DNA of 64,000 nt from Paragordius varius (Eukaryota; Animalia; Nematomorpha), in contig OZ176055.1 of assembly GCA_964247055.1 (NCBI GenBank), positions 6,262,001 to 6,326,000 on the forward strand, written 5' to 3'. The first letter of the stretch is position 1. Each line of letters begins with the position of its first letter. Positions 1 to 12,920 of this stretch are shown here, piece by piece. The position numbers and the translations under genes are program-made. Under the pieces are notes generated by a model. That model saw only the letters and a program-made list of their open reading frames with translations, was not told the origin of the DNA and searched no databases.

Positions 1-749
1 AATTTTTTTGTTTTGGCTCTTACCATATCTTTTGTGATATTGCAGTTGGATAATTGCATATCAAATTTGGATGGGTTAACTATTTATTTTGGGTATTACA
101 TTTTAGAAATTATGAGTCAAAATTTCATAAAAAATAAAAATACACGATTTTTTATTAATGATGAAGAAATAATAAACAGCTTTATTTTTTAAAAAAATGT
201 TTATCACTCTTAACTTTTAAAATTTAATTTTAAACAGTCAATACCCAAAATAATATTCTAAGACCATAAATTGGTATAAAACTGGCCAGTTATAATGAAT
301 TTAATCTTGAGATATTGCAGAACATTTGACATTAAAAATAGGAAAATTAAATTTAAACATAATTAGTGCAAATTAATGCATAATTCATATTTTCTTTAGT
401 TTGGTTTAGAGAATAACTTGGTGTCAATGAACCTTCATTCAATACATTGGTCAAATATATATTTTTTATTTTCTATCTGTAAAAATGCAAATATCCACTT
501 AAACAGGGACTTACCGTTTTTGTCTTGTAAAGTTACTAAACTACATATACCACTATTTTGTATTATAATATGATCCAAAGTAGCACGCAGCAAATTATCA
601 TTTCATTCTCTCTACATTTTATAGTTTTAAACCCAAATTATTCCTAACCGAATATTGCATCGAGTTTTAATGCATATTATTCAATTTTGCGTGTCGATTG
701 AATCCTTCTACCGAGTGTATAAATCTTTGCCGATTTTTGGGTAAAAACA

Positions 750-1765
750 AACGCCTATATATGAAATAAAAATAACTCTTTATTCAAAATATAGTATATC
801 GGTTTACCCATTTCTCCAATCTCTCAGATAATATACATATCCCATGACAGAAAATTGATTGCCTTTTGGGGCAAATCATTCATCAAGTCATATCCCAGCA
901 TCATCAAAATTATTGAAGGAATGCTCTACGAACGTGTCTCTCATTGATGAAAGTCAATAATCAGAGACTGCCAGGTCCGGAGAGTACGGTTGATGCCAAA
1001 GAATTCCTAGCGAAGTGATTTTAAGGCGTCTTTTACTGGTTTTGCTATGGACGGAGCATTGGCATGTAGCATAATCACACATGACATTGTCATGTTTTCT
1101 GAACCATTCTGGTCTGTTTCGATTAATGCATAATTACGATTTCCCTAACCGCTCTGATCCTACCAGACATAGAGCATGGTTTTGTTTGGAGGCGATTTAT
1201 TCTTGGTGTTAATGAAAATATTAGCATGGATTTACAAAATAAAGCCATTTCTCATCACCCGTCACGATTCGATGCAAAAAATCTTTTCTTGACGTTAAAA
1301 AGGGTTTCCATATGGTGTAGACATCTACCGTTTTATTGGTCTTGCCCATTGCACGCAGACTATTAATTTTTTTGTGTTACATATAATGTTTCTACGGATT
1401 GTCGTTAAGTTTAAGTGGGACATTATATAATTTCACATCATCGTTTTTAGTTGTGAAGTCTACAGGAGTACCCACTCTCTTTCGCTTTAAAATCACACTT
1501 TTTATTTTTTCCAGACCGTGTCTGACGTGTTATGGAGCATGTTCATCATATGTTTCTACCAGTATTCAACAGCCTTTTTCGTCTGATGGAGTAAGAAAAG
1601 CAATACCAGCATACATTTTGATATGATTATTAAATAATATAAAGATGCTACCATTTGGCGGATCAACTTATGTGTATTTTTAGTTTAACATTAGATGGAC
1701 AAAAATGGGGTCTGAAATTAATCGTCTGCTACAAATTAATAGTCTGCGTACTTTTCGTTGACCCC
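750..1765 (-). mobile_element. Degenerate mariner (Tc1/mariner, DD34D-type) transposon relic
   Basis: Minus-strand translation gives the mariner motifs FLHRIVTGDEKWLYFVN (~1240-1290), MLHANAPSIAKPVK (LHDNAP-like, ~1040-1075) and HQPYSPDLAVSDY (~960-995), broken by stops and frameshifts. TIRs could not be paired, so the ends are approximate. Confidence 0.8.
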
Positions 1766-3204
1766 TTCTTTTAATTTAACTGAAAATGACTTATTACTGC
1801 TTCAAAAAATTTTGATTAATCAAACGATATTATAAATAAACTTCTAAAAGCATTTTACTTTATTAGATCATAATATGATTTTGCAATCTTTGTCTAATTG
1901 TTTTATTAGAGCATGGACTTCTCACATTTTTAAGGAAAATACCTAGAGTATACTCAATTATCTCAATTAACCATTACAATCAATAAAATTCGAATTCTCA
2001 TATTACCAAAATAAAATAATGAAAATAGGAAGCGCGCGCCTCCTATAAAATTTTTTATTACTGTATATGCTTTGTTTACCTTAAATTTATAAAATGATGC
2101 GCATCATAAGATTATTAAAGAAGGTAATTAATTTAATTGGATTTTCACAAAAACCTAGCAAAAATAATGATATAAATAATATATATAATATTGGTTCCAT
2201 TCAATATTGCTTGTTGTATAAAGAAATATAAACGGAAAAAATAGACGAGGTGCGTAAAAAAGACACATACACACTAGACATTTTTTAATAGAGGAAAGGC
2301 ACTATTTTTCTTTGATCCTATAAAAATAATAAATAAGCAATAGTATGCTAACAGTTAGTTATTTGCAACAAATAATACTTTTATCGTGTTTGCTTAACGG
2401 AACCGTAAGATTAATGTAAAATTGTCTTCGAGGAATATTGAATAGGTGTTTCTATATTGGTTTTTTTAGAATTTAAATCCTCCTAATTATTTATTTAACA
2501 TTTATTCTTTCCATACACTAGTATTTTAATAATTCAATATGGATGAATGATACATAATAATAATTACAATAAATGCGAATTGTGAATAGTAATTTTAACA
2601 AAAAACACACTTCCACATCTGCCTTTATAATTACCTAAACTGTATTTAAATAAAAAATCAGATAGGTGAAATTTTATCAATATTTCGCGACACTTGTCAC
2701 ACAATTCATGTAATGTTTTAATTGGAACCCGTATTAATTGATTCAAAATTTATTTATGTTGTTTAACACATTAAATTAAGATTTCGTCACAATTACAAGA
2801 CTAAATTAAACAAATCACAATGTCTTAAAAAGGGAAAAATGATATGATATGATATAATAATACTAATTAGACGTCCCTGAAGAATTGATTAAAACTACAA
2901 GATACCGTTAATGTATATTACAGTTTTAACAATAAAGAGACAAATATACTCTCATCTCTCTCTTTAAACTGATGATATTATTGAGGTTATCCATTACACA
3001 CATTAATTCATTGTTTTACAAAGAAACTAAAGCACTCACTGAAATTTGATATGGGAACAAAAAATATTTAATGATATCAATGGTTATAAAAAATGCGATT
3101 CATGAAAATGTTTTAAAACTCATCATTGTACAAAATTAACCATTTTTTCGGATTTCCTGCTAAATATTTTATTACTCAAACAAAACAACACAAATAATTA
3201 ACTA

Positions 3205-6200
3205 ATGCAATCTAAACGTCGTCGCAGTTTGGGTCAAATATCAGGTGGGTTAGCTCTGCTAGATTCAATTACGAATGATAAATTGCATTTGGCAAAATTC
3301 ATATTAGCCGCAACGACCGATATCCAAGCCTATCCACAACAGCAGCAATTAATGTTATTGGGTCGTCCAACAACAGAACAACTTACATCGCTTTTAACGT
3401 CCATGAACAGGCATTCCAAATATAAATCCTCCTCTAAGGTTGTGAGCCCAGGGGAAGGCGGAGCATTTCCATCCCATTCCAAAGCTAAAACTGGAAAAGA
3501 CGCTTTATATGCCGGCACAAATGATGATAAAAAGATCAGTTCTATAGTTGATACACGGGATTTACAGGGGAAAACACCGTTAATCCGTGCAGTTTGTTTA
3601 AAGGTACAATTATATTAAAATACCTGACTCTTTCTAAATATTTTTGATAATTAATTTAAAATCTTTATCAAAGATTTGCAGGGCTGTGATTATATCTATT
3701 TGTATTACAAATGTTCTAAATTCTTAGGCCGTATCAAGCTGACTACAAATTTTGATTTATGATTTTCACCAAAAACCATTTAGCTGCCTAATTCGCATGA
3801 AAAACCTTAATCTTTGATTAACAATTGATGCAATATTTGATTAAAGGTGTTAAAATACGCATGTGTGTTTTAGCAGCGGTGGTATCTGCTTGTTCCGATA
3901 ATACAGTGTTATTTATGATTATACATTATTCGCTTTCTTCCGCACATAAATATTGTAAAAAAATAATTGGTTTTTGAGAAAGTTAATTAATTTTTGTTTT
4001 TTTAGTTATAATAACGGTTTATACATTGGCAAAATAATATTTTAATAATTTACTTTATCAGAAAACAAATACAGGCATACGATGATGACTGCATGTTAAA
4101 AAAATTTAAAAGTACGATATTGTATTCATAGCACATTTGACACTCTATATCGAATATATTTTCTAAATTCTCTAATTTATTGTTTAAGCAATTGAATATA
4201 TGCTTTTAAGGACTAACATATAGATTCGAACTCCATAATTGCTGAAAACAAATCTTTAATAGCAATTGAGTTATTTTATTGTAAATGTTAAGGGAGAAGA
4301 TAACTAATTATCGAAATTTTATTTTGAATTACATTTTGCTTGAATACGCATTTCTGTTTTAATCAAAACAAATGATTTAAAAAAATGACATAATAAAAAT
4401 GAGATAAAACAAGCTATTTATTACCAACCTCTCTGATTAATTACAATTATAAAGGTTATGTGATATCTTACTTTAAGATATATATATATATATATATATA
4501 ATCAACTCCTATTCAATGTCAATGGTCAGTTAAGTATAGCATAGAAATTTGATATTATTTGGACATTAATTTAAAATATATAAACAGACGGGCTTAACAA
4601 ATATTGCGTTTAAAATATAAATGTAAAAGGTTTTGATTAAAAGAAACAATTTTTCCGAAAATTTTTAAATCCCTTTTCATACATGTATCATAGCATACCA
4701 ATGTTGTGATATAGAATTTTTAAATGGAAAAAATAAGCTATCAGAAAACATTTAGGGTCTAATGCAAAAAGTTAAATATGCCAAACAGTTGATTCGTGGC
4801 ATTTTCTGTAAAACGTTTTTAACAGATTGAGTAAAGAATTAAAGAATAGTTCAAAATTCATAGGGGCATTTTTGGTTCGTTACAATTTAACATGTTATTT
4901 GGCTTAAAGACAGCATGTTTTTCAAATTAGAAATATTAATATAATATATTTTATATCAATAATTTTGGTAAACTTCAATAATGCATTTTAATATTATTCT
5001 ACCCATTAGAAATGAATAGAAAAATAGCTTTTAGACGATAATAATTTGATAGAGGGCTGCATAATTTAACCAATTGATATATTTTTACCGAAGCTTTGCG
5101 ATAACATGCCCAAATTTACCAAAAATGCAAATGCTCTTTGTAATTAAAAACATTTATATTGGGATTTTGATTTATAATTTTTATATATATGTGATGAATT
5201 TAGCTAATACCATATGTTAGAGTTTTTCGTAATAAACCGAAAATTAGATTTTTGGTGCGTTATAGTTTGCATCAATTTCTCTTATATAGATTTAAAACCT
5301 AATTTCTAATTCTTAAACCCCATTCACTATTTGTTAAAGTCAAAACATAACTCATTTGTTATGAAAAAAATCATTAGAAAATACAATAAATCCTAATGTT
5401 TATTTTAATAAAACTTTATACCCGAAAACTACGCTGCAACTAGTTATATAACTATAAATTGCTCAGCCTTAAAAAAATATTTGGCTTAAAATATAAAATG
5501 CTTCAATAGCAATATTCCTGTTTTGGTTAAATGTTTTCTCCATCCAAAAATACCAAACTATATTTTTAAAATATTTCGCACGCATACGCATGTTAGAATG
5601 TATATGGATGTAAGGGGTAACAACCATATTTCTTTAAACATAGATTAAATGAACATGATTTCGATCAGACTTAGTCCTGTTATTTCGAAAATGTTATAAA
5701 AAAATATTAATTTGCTCTTTAATTTAATATAAATTTGAAGCTGGGAGCGAAATTTTTATTAACATATCATTTAAAATGTTTTCAGTATTTCAACAACGTT
5801 AACAAAAAACAATTTAACTTTAGCGTTTTAATATTGTCCACAAACACACCAAAAAATCTCTATAATTTTACAATAAAATAAATCTTTTATGGCCAGATAA
5901 CTAACATTACTACACGTTCAAATATTTACATTATACAGCTTTTCCAGTTTATGATAAAATTTTTAATGCCTAAAAAATATTTCTTTAATCTATCCATTTA
6001 TTGATTTTTAAGCAAATAATATTTTAACACAAAATTTGAAGGCTATTTATCATTTATTTTTTGACACAACAGATTAATGTTGCAAACATCATTCAATCTC
6101 TTGATGTAACATTAAACAAACCCCATTAATAAATTATAATTATCTGTAAAACTAAATATTTTCATTTTAATTAATTTATCTTGTATTGCTAAAAATTTAT

Positions 6201-9200
6201 AGGTAATTTTTTCAAACAAGGTTTAATTAGCTAAAGTATGGATTTCTATAATTTGGTCTACGGGTAATTTCATAACCGGGACTCTAGTGTTATAAACGAA
6301 GCAGTACGGTGCGGTTTATAATCTAAAACAAAAGATATAAACATCATTTTCGTTTTTACATATTTTTGTAGATTTTACTTTTAGGGATGATATAAATATT
6401 TAAGTAAGAATTTTTTGTTCAAAATTTAGAAACATATTTACATGCTACAAAACGCGGCCTTAAAAGTTCTTTTTGATGGCGCTGAATTATTTAATTTTTT
6501 ATATATTTATTTTGGGTATTAATATCTGCATATGTCAAACAATTATGAAATTATATCGGTATTATATGATGCACGGCCCTAGAGATAAGATAAGAATTTA
6601 GCTAAGAATTATATTATAAAATAATATACTACCGCAAAAAAGGTCGGAGAAAATAATCAATTAAAACGCTAAAAGTCGTAAATTGCATTTTTAAATTCAT
6701 AGTTTTAGAAGAAAATTCGAAATTGTATTGGGGTCGCCAGTAGTATTGTTAACGGCCTCGGTCATGCAAAATCGATTTTATAATTTGCGTTTCTTCGATT
6801 TAAATAAGGGGTGTCCAACACGCGGCCTAATTCTACTCTTTGTCGACCTGTAAAAAATTTGAAAATCCATAATTTGCAAAAATATGCTCAGAAAATATTA
6901 ATATAGATGTTAAACAATTTGTTAAATAACTTTATACAATTGACAACGAACTCGAAAAAGTATTATATTGTGTTTCTATTTGATTGGCTTAAGTATAAAA
7001 TCTTATATATTATTTATTAATGTCCATATATATTTGCCATCTGCCGTTTTTTCTCAGAAAAAAATGCGACCCGCCAAGCCATTTATGTTGGACACTAAGT
7101 TAGTCATAATAAATTGGAAATAAATAAAAAATACAAATTAACAAAAGGTAGAAAAATTTAAACTTTGGACCAAGGAAACAACAGAAAAACAAATACACCA
7201 TAAAAATTTTCTTTGGGGGCGTTGAACCGGAACCAAAAGCCGATTCCTGATATTTTAACAAGCGCCGGTTCCAATATTTTGGGAACCTCCCCGATTTCAT
7301 ACATTTTTATGAACCAGCCCGGTTCCGTTACTTCTAAAATCCCATTTTTAAATTATGTAAATTATATTGTATAATAACATTTTTCCATTAAGATTTTAAA
7401 TTGCTATTTAAATATTATTTTATAAAAAAATTATCATATGATAACAAGTTTTTCTCGTATCCGATTGAAATGGAATGACCATATTGACATTTTTCTGAAT
7501 ATACGAACATAATTATTTACGCAAATTTTTTAATCTATAGATTAGGAATATTTACCTTATTAATTGTTGAAATAAATCTCTGGAAAATCACAAGTGATCT
7601 TAAATTTAGGATAAAGGAAAATATGATAAATTTATTGAGGTTAGGCCTTCTTATATTTTTTCTACATCTAAAAATTTTAAACTCCCAATTTAAAATAATT
7701 TTGCAATCCCCAAATCATAACAAAACTATAATCTATATCGTCCATAATCTAAAACCTATAACGGAAAAAATTGAATTACACGATATATCAGTGGTACTCA
7801 AATCGGGCGGGACATCAAACTATTTTTTTGCCACAGAATTTTCAAAAATAAAAATTGTTATGTAAGGCTACATTAGCGGTAAAGAATTTAGAATTGTTGA
7901 TATATAGGTTTATATTATAATAATGGTACTGTATGAAATTAATATATTAAAAAGTCGGTAACCAAAATGGAACCGGTTTTATATGTAAAAAACCGGTTTA
8001 TTTAAGAACCCTCAAATGAGGAACCATTCCGATTATTCATGAAATACGGTTTCAACTTTTTGAACCGGCTGGAAGCCCTGGTTTTTTATCTATAATAATC
8101 TAAAAAAAGAAATTGTGCCTTCGCGAATAAATAACTCTTTTCCATATGTCGGCTTGAATCGGCTCACCGATCATCGGTTTAATACCGCGCCTAACCTCCA
8201 ATAATTTAAAACAAACAAAAAAATTCATATTTGATATACACGAATTTCAGAAATTTTTTTAATTATACAGTGGATTTAAATTATGAAACAAAGGTAGTTT
8301 AATATAAAAAAAGAGTAAATTTTAGTTTTACTTTATTATGATAAACAATATTGTTTGCATTTTTGATCAATTTTTTACAATTATAAACATTAATTCTTAT
8401 ATTACAAATATAATAATAGGATGAAAAATCGAGGAAAAAAGCAGTAGAACTGCTGCTCAAATTCGGTGCAAATGTTAACGCCCAGGATACGTATGGGAGA
8501 ACGGCATTAAGTTATGCCTGTCAGCTCGGGCATAATGACATAATCAAAATTCTACTTCGATATAATATTGATCCAGATCTTTGTGATTTCAATGGTAAAA
8601 TAATCTCTCTCTCTTTTTATGTTTTATTTTAAGTAGCAAGCGGTAGAAATTACTAAACTATTATTATTATATTAGGTAACACTCCGTTAATGCATGCTAT
8701 TTCAGCCGGGAACACCGTTGGTGTCGATTTATTGCTCCGTTGTTTTAAGCGATTAGGTGTAATGGATCTGGCTCATCGGAATAGACAAGGGCACACAGCC
8801 CTCGACATCGCTAACAAATGTTCCCGAGAATGTCAAAAAATTATTGAAAATTACATTAATCGGTCAATGATAATGCTACCAAATTCAGACATTGAAAAAA
8901 GTGCAGCTTTATTGCTAGAGGAAGATAAACCTTCTGAATCGTCCAGCAATGAAAATATATCCCTGTCCGAATTGATGTTGTTAAAAGGGGCCGAAACGCA
9001 AGATACGATTAATCCCGAAAGTAGTGATTTAAAAGCCATGTTACTGCTTAAGCGAAGTCTTAGTCTCCCAACCTACTTAGCTAATAACAAAACGGATAAT
9101 CGATTAACGGATAGTTTGCATAACCTTAATATCGTACCTGTTGTGAATTTGAAAGAGGCAAATGGTAATCATCAACATACACTTCAAATAATTGATAATA

Positions 9201-9385
9201 ACAACAAAAACACTGCGAATACTGCGAAAAGGCCTGGTAAGAAACCGTTAAAAAAGTTTTACTCAATGTTTATGAATTTGAATCCTAAACCAACAAACGC
9301 TGATGTTAATACTAGCACCAATAATCCAAGCATAACAAATTTTTCCACTAAACGATTTATCCACAAATTATTTAATAAACCATAA
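3205..9385 (+). CDS. ANKRD63: Ankyrin-repeat protein, ANKRD63-like (3 exons, ~427 aa)
   Basis: Exons 3205-3603, 8420-8594, 8676-9385; GT-AG introns of 4816 and 81 nt, phases 0 and 1, frame continuous. The peptides KLHLAKFILAA, GKTPLIRAV, GANVNAQDTYGRTALSYACQLGH, GNTPLMHA and LLRCFKRLG..LAHRNRQGHTALDIA follow the ANKRD63 pattern (KVHLARFVLDA, GRTALSLACERGH, RSFRRLGLRLDRTNRAGLTAL) as I recall it. Confidence 0.85.
6807..7096. mobile_element. Small hAT (Buster/Charlie-like) MITE, eroded
   Basis: Ends AGGGGTGTCCAAC...GCGGCC and GTTGGACAC form an inverted repeat of the CAGGGGTGTCCAAC type. A related copy with an intact end (GTTAGACACCCCTG) is at 54865-54878. No clean 8-bp TSD. Confidence 0.5.
7223..8080. 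repeat. AACCGG/CCGGTT-rich relic of a non-autonomous DNA element (related patch at ~14824-15000)
   Basis: Clusters of GAACCGG/CCGGTTC motifs at 7223-7327 and 7958-8080, ending in GCCCTG; similar motifs at 14824-15000. The left terminus was not found. Confidence 0.35.
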
Positions 9386-9648
9386 CAGTACATAGTCAAT
9401 AAATATATATTATTTTTTATGAATTAGCCCATAGCGTTTTATTATCGTAAAGAAATCAAAAATATATTATGGATTTTAGAAAAAAGTTATAAAATATGAA
9501 AATAAATATATCTATACATCCATCAGTTAAGTCAATAATGATTTCTCTAAATACAATCATTGTAGAATATCAAAAGTAAGTGCGAACTCTCAGGGTTTCT
9601 TGGCATATTACTCAATTTGATTAATTAGTGAAAATGACAAATTTATAA

Positions 9649-11373
9649 TCTATATATTTATAAAAATGGAAAACGCTGGCTTTGTGATCTGGTACAGGAA
9701 AACCGGTAGACCCAATCAAATCCAAATATCGAAAAAATATAATCATTAATGAATGCCCCGATAATAGCTTCGCCCTTTTTTTAAAATAGGCCCCCAGTTC
9801 GGGCCCACCCCGTATGAAAACGGGTTTTTTTTGAAAACACAAGTCCACAAAAATCGTGTCTTTGAGACAATTTTCCGGAGAACGTGTTGGACCATTCAAT
9901 TTCAAATATGATTTTTGTTCACTTATTTTCGATTGCGCCGAACATAGCCGAGCCACTTTTTTGATTTAGGCCCTCTTTTTACCCGCTCCCCCCGTAAAAT
10001 GCCACCTTTTTCAAAAAACAAAGTCCACAAAAATAATTTTTTAAATCGATTTTTCGCCCTAGGTATGAGACCGTAAAAATTCAATAAAGATTCCACGTAT
10101 TCCCTGTTAAAAGGCAAAAATTTTAGTCTACCGTTTATTTGATGATAGCTGCTGGGTAAGGAGCTACCTGCTAAAAACTGATTTTTCATATAACTTTGTG
10201 ATCTGTTTCCGGAAAACCGGTGAACCCAATCAAATCCAAACATCGAAAAAATTTAATCATTAATGAATGCCCCGACAATAGCTTCGCCCTTTTTTGGAAT
10301 TAGGTCCCCAGTTTGGGCCCAGCCCGTGTGAAAAATGGGTTAAGTCAATTTTTTGGAGAACGTGTTGGACCATTCAATTTCAAATATGATTTTTGTTTAC
10401 TTATTTTCGATTGCGCCGAACATATTAATGAATGCCCCGACAATAGCTTCGCCCTTTTTTTGAAATAGGCCCCCAGTTCGGGCCCACCCCGTATGAAAAA
10501 CGGGTTTTTTTTGAAAAAACAGAAGTCCACAAAAATCGTGTCTTTGAGACAATTTTCCGGAGAACGTGTTGGGCCATTCAATTTTAAATATGATTTTTGT
10601 TTACTTATTTTCGATTGCGCTGAACATAGCCGAGCCACTTTTTTGATTTAGGCCCTCTTTTTACCCGCTCCCCCCGTGAAATGCCACCTTTTTCAAAAAA
10701 CAAAGTCCACAAAAATATTTTTTTGATTGTATTTTTTTGCCCAAGGTATGAGACTGTAAAAATTCGAGAAGGATTTTTCGTAATGCCTGTTAAAAGGCAA
10801 AAATTTTAGTCAAGCGTTTCTTTGATGATAGATGCTGAGTAAGGAGTATCTATCATATGTATAGCATGTTAAAAGATATATGGATATTAATACATTATTT
10901 ATGGTAATCTATATATTTATAAAAATGGATTACTTATTTTTGATCGCGCTGAACATAGTCGAGTCACTTTTTTGATTTAGGCCCTCTTTTTACCCGCTAC
11001 CCCCGTAAAATGCCATTTTTTTTCAAAAAAAAAACAAAGTCCACAAAAATATTTTTTTGATTGTATTTTTTTGCCCAAGGTATGAGACTGTAAAAATTCG
11101 AGAAAGGTTTTTCGTAAGTCAAGCGTTTCTTTAATGATAGATGCTGAGTAAGGAGTATCTATCATATGTATAGCATGTTAAAAGATATATGGATATTAAA
11201 ACATTATTTATGGTAATCTATATATTTATAAAAATGGAAAATGCTGGCTTTGTGATCTGGTACAGGAAAACCGGTAGACCCATTAAAATCCAAACTTCGA
11301 CCCCCCCCTCTCCCCCCCCCCAGAAGTCCGAAGGACTTCCTCGGGCTGCGTAGCAGCACGAGATTCACGCTAG
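9649..11373 (+). mobile_element. Composite non-autonomous Helitron
   Basis: Starts A|TCTATATATTTATAAAAATGG at 9649 and ends CTAG|T at 11370-11373 (A/T target, no TSD). Hairpins GAAGTCC-GAA-GGACTTC (11323-11339) and GCTGC-GTA-GCAGC (11345-11357) precede the end. Further 5' termini at 10908 and 11217, with internal tandem duplications. Confidence 0.85.
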
Positions 11374-11949
11374 TGTGGTATAAAATTGAAATTTTTAGTG
11401 CTACTAATATACACACTAACTTATACCTTTATTCAATAAAACTTATAAAAAATGATATCAATGTACAGAATAATAAAAAATAAGTGCAAAAACTCAGCTT
11501 TCGTTAAATTTTTTTCAATCAGGCGCTTGTTCTGGAAATTTGTTAATCTGTGTGCACTTAAGATGTATTTATGTGTGAATATATCAGGTGTAACATAAGT
11601 CATTACCAGTTAAACTAAGATAAGATGTCCGATTGATTTGATCCACACACCATTTTCTTTATCTAACATTTAACAACAAACACATAAAAGTTGAGTCTGC
11701 CAAAAATTAGCGCTCATTTTTATCATTCACTAATCATGTCTAATTTTAAGCCTGAAAAAGGATTTGCAGACGCTTCGCTTTATTCCATCAGAAGTAAAAG
11801 GCTATCAAAAACGATTGTTTGGTGGTAGAAACGGTTATCATGCTCTATCGATTAAAACATGTAAACATTATTTCAATATTAAAAGTTTTAATTACAATGT
11901 AAAAGAGATAGGGCGATTTAACCTATCTCTCGGGTAATATATTGCCGCT

Positions 11950-12175
11950 CCAAAAAATTGATTGTCTTATGCAGCACCATTCGTCAGCCATTTTCCAATG
12001 TCTTCGAAACGATGGAAGTGCTGCTCTGCGAGGGTGTGCCCCAGGGATGCAAAATTTATTAATCAGATGGCGCCAGAACAGGAGAGTTCTGCGGATTCAA
12101 AAAAATTCCAGCGGGTAATGAAAAGGGGATATCAAATTATTTGCGTATTCGCTGATGTCTTCTTAATTAAACCGT
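11950..12175 (+). pseudogene. Non-LTR retrotransposon reverse transcriptase relic
   Basis: In different frames: EGVPQGC (~12029-12050) and QIICVFADVFLI (FADD-like, ~12133-12170), the spacing expected for RT motifs. Otherwise decayed. Confidence 0.45.
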
Positions 12176-12481
12176 TAGAACTTATAAATACACCTAATAT
12201 ATATATATTATAATTAAGAAAAATGAGGCAATTCGGTCTACCTAACTAAACGATATATCAGTAATATTATTTTCCTTAAATAAGCCTTATAGTATGAGAA
12301 GGCGATCCTAAAATGTTCATTTTTACTCTTTTTCACCAAAAAACATATTTCGATAGGAAAAATCATGTTTATTTGTATTTATCCACAATCAGTGTACTCT
12401 AATACACATTAATTTGTTATTAATTTGTTAGCTTTAATCCCAGAGCGTAATGAAATTTAATTGTAAAAATTCTTTGATTTC

Positions 12482-12920
12482 TACCCAGCAGCCAATAAAA
12501 AACGCATGACTGATATATTTGCCTTTTAACAGGGAAAACCTGGAATCCTCATTGAATTTTTACGGTCTAAAACATTGGGCGAAAATAGATTCAAAAAACT
12601 ATTTTTGTGGACTTGGTTTTTTTAAAAAAATATGGTGCGAGCCAACTATGTTTGGCGCAAAAAAATCATATTTGAAATTGAGTGTCCAACACGTTTTCCG
12701 GAATATTGCTTCAAAGACACGATTTTTGTGGACTTTTGTTTTGCAAAAAACCGTTTTTTACACGGGGTGAGCCCGAACTGGTGGCCTAATTCGAGAAAAA
12801 GGCGAAGCTATTGTCGGGGCATTCATCAATGATTATATTTTTTCGACATTTGGATTTGAATGGGTTTACGGTCTTCCCGAAACAGATCACAAAGCCAGCA
12901 TTTCCATTTTTATAAATAGA
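12482..12920 (-). mobile_element. 3'-truncated copy of the same Helitron family
   Basis: Minus strand begins A|TCTATTTATAAAAATGGAAATGCTGGCTTTGTGATCTG at 12920 and is collinear with 9649-10155 and 41377-41870. No CTAG end or hairpin found. Confidence 0.8.

Noticed and set aside
9649-11300. Repeated units as a possible CRISPR array or satellite
   Set aside because: Units are hundreds of bp, irregular and without unique spacers, in a eukaryotic context; Helitron termini explain them.
9621-12832. ORFs of 60-111 aa (MARLCSAQSK..., etc.), also 41378-41638
   Set aside because: They are chance frames within the non-coding Helitron repeat, recur with the repeat and have no protein motifs.
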